Of a DNA stretch of 40,498 nucleotides, positions 25,378 to 35,503 are shown one piece after another. The notes below the pieces were generated by a model that did no database searches, had not been told where the DNA came from, and worked only from the letters and a program-made list of their open reading frames with translations. The stretch is from Catajapyx aquilonaris (lineage: Eukaryota), in NCBI GenBank assembly GCA_000934665.2, contig JYFJ02003533.1, positions 1 through 40,498 of the forward strand. Reading direction: 5' to 3'. A program made the translations under genes and the position numbers. Every line of letters begins with the position of its first letter. The stretch's first letter is position 1.

Positions 25378-26090
25378 AGAGCAGCAAAAATGTCGTTAAA
25401 ACTTCTAAATAATGTCCTACAAGTTCATTATTTCCGGTAAAGCGTGTGGTTATCGCCACATACAAGTTCATTGCGTGCTAGTTGCTGTGAATGGCTGCAC
25501 AGTAACCAGCAGGTGACAAACTATTGCATCGATTGTTCGATATTGAGAGGTCTGATCGTAAGTTGCAGTAAGGAAATTATCGCAATTGCTGAACCAGTTA
25601 CAGATCATCCACTCAAAATAATTAGTGGCAATTTACTTACTGCACCAACGAACAACTGAACCATATGATGGGTCTAGAAAAGAGGCGAGTGAATGGTTAA
25701 AGACCATTTCCCCCACCACTCCCATCGTCTGATGAAATGCTTCCGTGAGCTGTTCCGTGTACGCCGGTACGTGTAAATAAACGGTGGTAAAAGCAGACTT
25801 ATGTGTCCTTAATTAACATTCACCTGCGTCGCATTTACCAGCAGTTTACCACACTGACGCATCGACCTTTGGACAATGTCAGAATTATTATTATTGCAGG
25901 GTCAAGTGCACATGCGAACAGGTAAGTCTACCACCAACGGAAGAGAGCAATTTGGATGATACCCAGTGACCCTAAAGTGTATGTCATCCTTGGCTAAATC
26001 CGGACATTCCTGTCCCTCCTCCTTCCTGCTGCCAAGTCATCCTTTAGTTTCAAAAAGGTGCATCTTGCACACTCATCCTCAAAGCCCGCC

Positions 26091-27249
26091 ATGAGAAGAT
26101 GTATCCCTCTACCTCTGACCTGTTTTTGGGCAGTTTTGTTTGCCTCTGGAAGCACAACGTTGTTGCTGCTGTCCCTACTCATCCAGAGTCCGACAAGTGA
26201 TCAGTTCCAGCAGGGTGGCTTCCACTCCACGATGAGTCCTTCTGCAACCAACCGAACTCCCAATTCACACTGGTTAGTATTCAACGCCGTTCCTTACAGC
26301 GGAGGATCGTTCATTGAAAGGCTTCTGGAGGAATCGTCACAAATCAGCGGATTTCGACACTGGAACCACCCTCACAGAACACCCTGGGCACGATTTCTCA
26401 TTCCGGATGAGCAGAGAAATCTCGCTTCGTGGTTTGAGTACCAGCATCTACCAATCAGCTACCACAGGCATTTTTTCCATGTCAACTTCACTGCACTTAT
26501 GAGGTAAGTTCAATCTTTGGTGCAGTTTGGCTATACCCATTTTACAGAAGAGAATAGACCACTCATAGGCTATACGTACACATTGCACAGGTACACGCAA
26601 CAAAGTCCCATTTACATCAACATTGCAAGAAATCCAGCTAATCGTTTGAGATCAATCGTTCGTCACCAACAAAACCTTAAGCAAAATACGGGCAAAAAGA
26701 AAACGGAAGAAATGGACTTAGCTTCGTGTGTTGTATTGGGTCAGTCTGATTGTCGCATTCAACTGCAACGACGCAACTTCATACTCTCAGTGCCTTTCTT
26801 TTGCGGTCAGCATCCTCACTGTGTGTTAGTAGGAACTTTTTATGTCTTTTTTGATTTCCGTTAGTGTCAATATAGGAAGGTCAAAATTACTAAAACTTAT
26901 ATGGTTTTCTTTTAGAAAGGTCAACGACTACCGCGCCCTGCAAGCAGCTAAGGAGAATGCCGAAATGGTCTACTCCGTGGTTGGAGTGTCTGAAGATATA
27001 AACATGACAGACACAGTGTTGCAACAATATATCCCCTTGTTCTTTCGAAATAACACTCGCACTCACGATAGTCACGGCGATGGGAAGAACCTGGTGGAAC
27101 ACGGACATGAAGAGCCTGTACCGTCGGAGATGGAATTCAGGGTGAAAAAGATTCTCTGGGCAGAATATGAACTGTACGAATTTCTAAGACATCGGCTGAG
27201 CCTCCAGTACAATTTTATCACTCAACGACATAGAACCGTGAATAATTAA
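26091..27249 (+). CDS. Heparan sulfate/uronyl 2-O-sulfotransferase family protein (HS2ST/UST/pipe-like), type II membrane, 326 aa, catalytically divergent
   Basis: Exons 26091-26503, 26591-26824, 26916-27249 (GT-AG, 981 nt). N-terminal signal anchor. Motifs LVFNAVPYSGGS (5'-PSB position), YHRHFFHVNF, PIYINIARNPANRLRS (3'-PB), VPFFCGQHPHC, ALQAAKEN....YSVVGVSED and EYELYEFLRHRL. AATAAA at 27415. Confidence 0.88.
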
Positions 27250-27653
27250 TAGGCTTGTAAAAATACACCCCCCTTCGGTGTTTTAGTTGTTTTCACTAAT
27301 GCGGTGAAATTCTTTCAACTCATGCGCAGTAATAGCAGTATAGCGTTGAGTTGTCCGGAACAGGTGAGATGACGGAAGACAATATAATTATGCGCTACAC
27401 CTAATAATTGAGGCAATAAATTAAGAATTCATACCGCTTCTATTTGGTCACCTAATCCATTCAGGGCTCTGATCTATAGTATTCCTAACTATGCTGTATA
27501 CAGCAAGGAACAGTGAATAGGTCATATTAGGCTAATCATTGGTATACAGTATAGTAATATTGTATACAAATACACCACAATTTTCCATGTCTGACAGGCA
27601 TATAGGCGCGTATAGGCCTAATTACTGTACTGTACATCATTAATATGATCATG

Positions 27654-28131
27654 TTAATATGCCATTTGTTTATTTTGGTAAACATTAAAAAATTTATTAA
27701 ATTACCTGATACCTTTGAATACTGAGGAATGGATCGCAGTGCCCAGTACCTGCAGGGTGTCAGGTTGGTCGTCTGTGGCAATTATTGTTGTCCGGTTGAG
27801 ATTTACCATGAGATTTACTGGTCGCAGCTCACAGCTATAGGGCATCATGAAATAAACCATGAATGACATGACCATGTCATTCCTTCATGGTTTCATGATG
27901 GTCATTCCTTCATGGCTTATTAATGGTTTCATGATGCCCTAGGCCTAGCTGTGAGCTGCGACCAGTAAATCTCATGGTAAATCTCAACCGAACAACAATA
28001 ATTGCCACAGACGACCAACCTCATACCCAGCAGGTACTGGGCACTGCGATCCATTCGTCAGTATTCAAAGACATTAGGCAATTTAATATTTTTTTAATGT
28101 TTACCAAAATAAAATAAAAAAATGCGTATTA
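27654..28131. repeat. Large near-perfect palindrome/foldback element with arms of about 200 bp
   Basis: TTTATTTTGGTAAACATTAAAAAA...GAGATTTACCATGAGATTTACTGGTCGCAGCTCACAGCTA..GGGCATCATGAAA is mirrored at about 27927-28113. Innermost stem is AATGACAT-GACC-ATGTCATT. Confidence 0.93.
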
Positions 28132-28381
28132 AACGTCTAATGGTCTAACGGTGTTCCGACTGAAATGGTTCGCCATTTTTTTGCAACTAAGCTCTAATTA
28201 TGGCTAATCACTTATCAGGCCGAATTGCATATTCCAAGCTGTGAATTGCAATGAATTCTCGATTGGAACTATTGACATCGAACGTCAATGATGAAACCCT
28301 TTTTTTGCAGGCGTTAAAAAGTTGCATTTACGTTCCTTAACATTAGCTGCCAATATTTTTTATCACCACTAAGTTAGCTTT

Positions 28382-28405
28382 GAGAGAGAGAGAGAGAGAG
28401 AGAGA
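28382..28405. repeat. (GA)n microsatellite
   Basis: Directly visible. Confidence 0.95.
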
Positions 28406-28759
28406 AAAATCCAACCATTACGAACATTACAATTTATTTTATCACTCTGTGTATCCCTGTTAGCAATCTAATTACACCAAAACTACCTCTCTGAATAATC
28501 ATAGTTACTTAGCTGAATACTCGTCTGTAAGATGTTGATTTTCGAGTTGCGTTGTTTTTGCATTGCTCGCTGTATACCAGTCCAGACAGGTCCAGACCTT
28601 GAACCACGAACCCTAAAATTTTATAAGCCTTATTCGTCGGCACAATATCACACGCCAAGTTCCATAGCAATCAAAAAAGAAAGAGTGAATTATTATGATT
28701 TCTTTGAATAGTCTCTCATGGAATCATCCCACTCTTCGAATTGGCGCTTCCCTGGGACT

Positions 28760-29057
28760 GCACCAAGATGGCCGACCTAGTCAAAAATCTATGTAATCTA
28801 TGGGATTGAAGCTTTCCTCAACAATTTAAACGGAAATGTTTCATCAGTTACATGTAGCTAGATACGATGTAATAAAACATTTCACTGGCCAGGTTTAGCT
28901 TAAATATTAAACACTAACTATTGGTATGGCGTGGCGGTGTTGACGCATGCGCGTGCCCTGCCTGCGTCTCCTGCGACTCCTCTCCGGCCACATGGTTTTG
29001 TGGCCCTCCTCAGCCTAGTAGAGCCATTCTCCGATTCTCGTCACCTCCGTCTGTCAG
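28760..29057 (+). promoter_or_regulatory. Candidate LYAR promoter and non-coding exon 1
   Basis: YY1-like CAAGATGGCCG (28764), NRF1/EWG-like ACGCATGCGC (28943), pyrimidine-rich leader, and donor CAG|GTAAAT (29057/29058). The LYAR ATG exon begins at an acceptor (32016), so an upstream exon is required. Confidence 0.55.
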
Positions 29058-31263
29058 GTAAATATATGCGTCCATCCCACCACCCCTCAACTACCATCCT
29101 TGCACACACACGCACCATAGCATCCACCTCCACGTCCCACCAGGTAATAATTATTGCACTGGAAGCAGCTCATGCGGCGTGGCCACGCGACGGCCTTGTC
29201 TTTTTCGTCCACCCCAACCGCATGGCTGCATGAGTAGGCTTAGTTTAATTTGTCGGAATAAACTACGCCAAAGGGAGCCACGAGGACTCTGGAGGGTGGG
29301 GAAGTGGCTCAGGCGCACCTCAGGTGGAAGAACACCACAGTGGTGGGTCCCAGGCAATATACCCCAACACACCGTGCAAAGCGCAGGCCTGCACCAAAAT
29401 GGGCCTATCCTGCACACACCTCTCCAGAGTTGGGAGGCTGTACCACTTCCGTATCATTTCGCCACCACAACCTGCCACTGTTATAGGCTTGACCGAATTA
29501 GTAAGAGGAAAGGTTGCACACTTTGGTCTGTAGTACGCTGCACGAGTTTGTGAACTCATTTCTCTCTCTTTTTTTTGTTTTGGAGAAAAGAAGGGCATGG
29601 TGCGTCTTATAACAGGTGCCCATCCTGCCTACCATACCCAATAACCCCACATCCTAGCCGGTAGGTCCCTCCTCTTAGACAGAATAATTGCATGAAGGGG
29701 CCATGTGTGCCACACTAAAATTGTATTGAAAGGGGCGTTAATCAGATAAGGCACATTCACACAAGGCCGTTGCAAGGAAAACAAACTGGATCGCCTACCA
29801 AGCTATCTTTCAGTGGAAACAAAGATCATTGATCCACACCTGCATCTGCAGGACTGTTCATACACGAGCATTTTCATGAGCTGCTGTTTTTCCCCTGAAT
29901 GTTGCAACATGCTGGTATAAAAATAGCAAAATTATAAATTCATTCTTAAATTTTAACCATAAACTAGAAATACTAGAAAATTGTAAGCCACGTGGGAATT
30001 TGCGATTGGCATTCTCATCATGTATCATATGGGACATTTTGTCAGTCGCAAACATGGAATGTGGAAGAACACTTGGGGGTGAAATCTTGAAGGTTCACGA
30101 AGATGACAAATCCAGTCACACCATGGCAAGACAACATTGGACCACTGTGACAGGCAAACGACAGTCTGTATCAACTTGTCAACAGTGGCTACATATTCAG
30201 GGATATGACCTATCAGGCAAATCAGGGTGTACGTAGAAGAAAATTTACTTACTAAGTTACAGGTCCGTAACAATTGTGCTGTTATTGTAGGAAAATAGGT
30301 GTCCTGTCTTGACTGCCTTACAATTTGCCCTACTACAGTGGGGTCACATCATCGGGCCTATTTATTTTGGCACAGCGAGCACTATGGCCAAATGCAGCAC
30401 CTTGTGATGCTCTTGAAATACCTCGTATAAAATATGGTAATTATCCTAGTGGTTCCATATTTAGTTTCATCGTGGGCCCTTATCAGTGGGCATCTTTCCG
30501 GCACCCTGGGTGTCGTTTTATGAGCGTGAGACGGCTCTCTGCAAATCGAGCAGCCATGATTTCAAGGTGGCCAAATTATTCTGAGTTTGGGCAAGTAATA
30601 GTGCCAGTGCATACTCTCACATAGTGTTATTGAGTGAAAATCAACGGCAACCATGGTAGATCTGCAACATGCAGACTTCAGAGATGAAAATATTTTTGTC
30701 TCCATGTCCTCCATGCTGATTGGTCGAGTTGTCTCAGGTTGCTAGCAGCCGCCTTATGTCAACGAGGTGGTAGAAGGGTTAGGCAGTATTGAACAGGATG
30801 GTAGGTGTCAAGAATCATTCCAGACCATGCACAGAAGCTTTTCTGGTAGCAATTTAGTGCTCGATTGTCTGTATCAAACCCTCACCTTCGTCCAGACAAC
30901 AGTTAACCTATTTGCCCAATTGAAGCAACACTGTAGTCAAGTTGCAGCCATAATTTATAGAAAAGCTAACCCAAGGGGGTTGTCACTTTGGAGAGCCAGT
31001 GTACTACACCCTCACTGGTGAGCCTCGGAAATCCGGGGTGGGCCACAGAGAGCTGAGACGAGCCGGGGCAAAACGCGCCTTTGTTCCTCATTATTCCTCA
31101 TCATATGATGTAGTTTGCCTTCGGTGGCCTCCACGGCTCTCCTCGGTTCTCCTGGCTCACCAACATGCTCATCAGTGAGTATACACCAGCTCACCCATGG
31201 TCTTACTGCCTCACCAATGCCGCAGAGAGCCGCAATTCAAGAGAGCAGGTGTACACTTTTTGA

Positions 31264-31497
31264 CGTGGATACGTCTTTAAAATCAGATCAGGGGGCATGC
31301 AGGCAAACTCGAGCGTTACAGAAAAGCGTTACAGCAGGGTCCTGCCAGGGGGACCCCGCCGGGGGGGCCATGACGGGGGCATGCAGGCAAACAAGTGGTG
31401 CAGTCTTTTATAACCGAGTATACTATAACCGATGCTTTTCGGTAATGCTCGAGTTTGCCTGCATTCCCCCTGATCAAATTTTAAAGACATATCCACG
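31264..31497. mobile_element. MITE-like element with 64 bp inverted arms
   Basis: 31264-31327 versus the reverse complement of 31434-31497 gives 58/64 identity by hand count. Internal repeated motif GGGGGCATGCAGGCAAAC. Confidence 0.85.
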
Positions 31498-32045
31498 CCT
31501 GCATGCCCCCGCCATTATAGTTGAGAAAAGTGAAGCATAATGTAGGTTGAGCCCGCAAATGCTGCAGCTTGTGTCCCCGACACAACCTAATGTAATTTTT
31601 TGAGGAGTGACTACCCCCTTGATCTAAAACCATTATTGATGAACCACACAAGGCCAATCAGTGCAACAGTAATACAGTGTGTGTTGTGCACAGGGGAAAG
31701 TTGGGACAAGAGTTGTACCTAGAAGAGGCAGGAAGATGTCATATGGAACTGTCAGGTACAATTTGTCCATCAGCAAGTTTGGCTTCAAAATTCATTTACC
31801 TTTTTCCAAATTGGTTCCAAAAAATTGAACCCAGGTTTCAACCATGTTCTAGGTGCATGTAGAGTACCAGAATAGCATTTACATCATGATATTTCGTATC
31901 ATGCATTGTTCAGGGTGTTGTGGGCGTGCTCTTGCCCAGAATTTTCATTTGTTGAAGGCTGTGGTGCAGGGTTTGTAGAATTATTTGTGCTCATTTGTTC
32001 CTTGCTTACTCCTCAGGTGTTAAGCAGCATTGACATAGAAGGAAG

Positions 32046-35000
32046 ATGGTTTTCTTCACTTGTGGCGCATGCGGGGACTCCGTGAAAAAGATCCAGGTGG
32101 AGAAGCATGGGTTTAAGTGCCGAAGCATGAATGTCCTGACTTGTGTGGACTGCAACAGGGACTTCTGGTAAGAACTGTACCAGGTGTAGGATAGAGTCAG
32201 CATTTTGGATGTGCAGCATAAATGGTGTTTCACATTCATTGTAGTTTGTTAAAAATCTACAATACTCCAACGCAAATTGTTGTGTTGACCATTTCGCACT
32301 CTCCATGTTTTGGTGCCTCTTACCACCCAAAGTTATACCATTGGGGTGTCTAGAGTGGATGATGTTTCGCTAAGATGGTGGGTGGGAGATTACTTTTTAT
32401 AAGTGACAATAGCTGTAACTTATAATGAGCCATCAACTTGAGGCATTGAAAATGTCTACTTGATTAGAATAAGCATTATTTCTCTCGAGTCTCTTGTCAT
32501 TTGAGGGCTTGTGACAACTTGGGCACTATTGTGATTTTCCCTTCGCTTACTTATCTCCATAGTGGTGAAGAGTATAAGGCGCACACTAAGTGTATTAGTG
32601 AAGAGCAGAAATATTCAGGAGTGGGCTGGCAGCCAAAGCCAGGCCAGAACAAAGGGGAGCGCAAGCAGCAGGCATGGCTGGAGATGGTCCAGTCAATTCT
32701 GAATGACCAGAAGGACATCCTGCCTGCTTCAAAGACCATGCTGGAGACACTCACCAAGCATGAAAATGTCCCGAGGAAGAAGGCCAAGTTCGAGGTATTG
32801 CATTGTTATTTAAAAAATTTTGAACTCATTGTGCTGGAATTGTTATGGGGAAGTCCTGAGACACTTAAGAAATTTAAAATCAAATATTTTTTGTACTTAG
32901 CAGGTTTTTGATGGATATGTGGTAATATTCTCCAACAGGACCAAACCAAAATTGTGTAATGGACAATATTCCACTGTGTCCAGGGCCTGTTAGAGACATG
33001 TTTTAGTGTATGTTCATGCAAGCCTAGGCTGTAACATAATGCATCAAATGCATGTGAAGTCATCTTTGTTACTATTCAAATTGTCACCTGTTGGACAAAT
33101 AATGAAGACCTTGGGGGAAGAATGATCAAGGTCCACATTTTGTCAAAAATTTGTTGCATATCTCAGAAGATAGTTTCACTAAAGTAGAATATGATGGTTT
33201 GGTCATGGTTGTGGAGTAATGATCATAGTCCACTATGATAGGCCCCAAAAGAGGGATGTAACCTCATGGGCCTTCGAAATTTCATGTTGCAATATCTGTT
33301 TCACGTGAGGTGGACCTTGATCGTTCTTCCCCCGAGGTCTTCAAATGATGTCAGCATTATATATTTATTTTAACTTGTGCACATTTGTCTATTCAACCTT
33401 CATTGTTTCCTGACATCCTGTCCTATGATCTCCAGGATTGTGAGGGACTTGTTTTTCCATTTTCTTCTTAACCCTTCCATGCTGTTTCTAATGCAAAATA
33501 GATCAAGAAATTTCTGCCTCAATTGGGCAAGGATAATCACTTCATAGTTTGTCGATTAAGGGGGCCAGATACCTACGCGATTTTTCCGACTTGCTGGCCA
33601 AGTTTGGTCGAGTCACAGGTGCAGTGTTCTCTTTGCACTGTCGATGCTGGCGTCTTGCTGGAGATAGGGACCTGCAATTTTCACAGAATGGCGAGGAGGG
33701 TCCATTCGAGCCTCCACCGAAGTTCAGATCTATTTGGATAATTACGTGATCTGCAAGGGGAGGAGTTATTGATAAATGGCTTCAGGCAGCTTGGCTCTGG
33801 ATTCGAATTTGGGAGATATCTTGACAAGATTCGATGGCAAAGGTATTCCTCTCTTACTACTCCAAAGCACAATTGATTTGGGCTATTGGTTTTTGCACAG
33901 CTATTAAACCATGACATCACCTCACCTCGTAAAATCATCAGGGAACTTTCGAACAGAGAATAGTTGGTTCCCTGTTGCCCACATGCTTTTTTATTCATTT
34001 AGCCTTAACCGGTTCCCCGGCAACCTGGACAGGGAGCCAACTGATCTACATTCAAAAGTTCCCCGCTAATTTTATGAGGTGATGTGGTGTCACGGTTTTG
34101 ATAGCTGTGCAAAAGCCAACAGCCCAAATCAATTGCGCTTTGAAGGAGAAAGAGAGAATCCTTTTGCCATCGAATCTTGTCGAGATATCTCCCAAATTTG
34201 AATCCGGAGCCAAGCTGCCGTATGCCATTTTCCAGAAACTCCTCCCCTTGTAGATCACGTAATTATCTGAATGGATCTAACCTTCATTGGAGACTCAAAT
34301 AGACCATCCTCTCCATTCTGTCAAAATTTCAGGTCCATACCTCAAGCGAGATGCCTGCATCGGCGGTGCAAAGAGACCGCTGTACCCGTGACTTGGGCAA
34401 ACTTGGCCTGCGAGTCGGAAAAATTGCATAGGTATCTGGCCCCTTTAAATGCAATATTCTTGATATTGTTTGCTGAAAATTCATAAAGGCTCAATTCTAA
34501 AAGAGGACCTTCTCTCACGCAGAACTTTGCGAAAAACATTATGAAGAACCAGGTGACAGCAGCCACCCTTGAGAGTGTCTGGGGTCTGCTGGAGGGTGCT
34601 TGGATGAAGAACAAGGAGGAGGCTATAAAAAGAAAGGAGGCTGTTCAGACTGCACAGAAGAGAAAGGCTGAGGAGGATGATGAGGACCAAGGCGCAAAGA
34701 AGATGAAAGTGGACGAGGGAGCAGTTAATGGAGATGCTACTGGGAAAAAGAAGAAGAAGAAGCAGAAGAAGAAGAAAGCTGCAGGCACTGATGTTGAAAA
34801 GAAGGAAAACTCAGCCGATGCAGCAGAAGCAGGTCAAGAAACCAAGTCACCTGAAGCCAAGGGAAAGCGTAAGAAAAATCGCAAGAAGGGAAAGAAGGAA
34901 GGTGAGAATGAAAATAAGAAGGAAGGCAACAATGTTAATGCCGAGAGTAGTGAAGATCAGGTGCAGGCTGGTGAGTCGGAGAAGGGAAAGAAGAAACGCA

Positions 35001-35503
35001 ATAGGAAGCGCAAGAGTGGAGATGGAGCGGTAACAAATGCTACCAATGACACAGAAACACCATCCAAGAAGAAGAAGGGTGATCCAGAGACAAATGGGAC
35101 TGCTGGCACCAATGGTGAATCTGCTAAGAAGGGCAAGAAGCAGCAGCAGAAGAAAGCCAAACCAGTTGCAGACCAGAATGGTGACACGCAGGAGACCAAT
35201 GGCCACAGTGCTGAAATCAATGGTGATACCCCTATGAAGGGCAAGAAGAAGAGAAGGAAGTCAGAAGGCTCGCCCAAGAAGTTTGCCTGGGACACTTCGA
35301 TTGCAGAATTACTTGAGAGTATGCCTGACCGCCAGTGCACTCTAAAGAAACTGGCAAAGGACGTAATGAAGAACTACAGCCAGGTCCTGGGAGAGGAGGA
35401 GACCACCTTCGGCAAGTTTCGAGCCTCATTCGGGGAGAGGGTCGCAGCATTGCCCAATATCAAGGTTGCAGATGGGAAAGTTGCAATGGTTACTTCCGAG
35501 TAA
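32046..35503 (+). CDS. LYAR: Cell growth-regulating nucleolar protein LYAR, 3 coding exons, 444 aa
   Basis: Exons 32046-32167, 32563-32794, 34523-35503 (1335 nt, GT-AG). Two LYAR-type C2HC fingers (MVFFTCGACGDSVKKIQVEKH...C and CVDCNRDF....YKAHTKCISEEQKY), NVPRKKAKF.NF, a Lys-rich IDR, and a C-terminal KFAW...I..LL......TLKKL domain. Confidence 0.96.
33103..33343. mobile_element. MITE of 241 bp with 34 bp TIRs, in a LYAR intron
   Basis: TGAAGACCTTGGGGGAAGAATGATCAAGGTCCAC versus the reverse complement of GTGGACCTTGATCGTTCTTCCCCCGAGGTCTTCA: 32/34 identical. Confidence 0.88.
33560..34444. mobile_element. Non-autonomous DNA transposon (Kolobok-like foldback), 885 bp, inverted arms of about 415 bp, TTAA TSD
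   Basis: TTAA|GGGGGCCAGATACCTA ... TAGGTATCTGGCCCCT|TTAA. The arms align along their whole length (about 33560-33975 versus 34028-34444). A TTAA TSD with 5'-RR termini fits Kolobok better than piggyBac (CCY termini). Confidence 0.92.

Noticed and set aside
28600..31170. Telomerase RNA in the LYAR upstream region (AACCCTAA at 28609, TAACCTA at 30904, AGAGTTGGG at 29426, GGCTCAC..ACATGC end)
   Set aside because: The motifs are short and scattered, no pseudoknot follows either template candidate, and the P6.1-like sequence lacks its pairing strand.
31090..31635. U17/snR30 snoRNA (TATTCCT at about 31092, AAACCAT at about 31627)
   Set aside because: The m1- and m2-like motifs are more than 500 nt apart and not within one 3' hairpin.
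33523..34486. Mutually similar ORFs on opposite strands (ARYLRDFSDLLAKF / ARYLCNFSDSQAKF)
   Set aside because: A consequence of the inverted arms of the foldback element, not genes.
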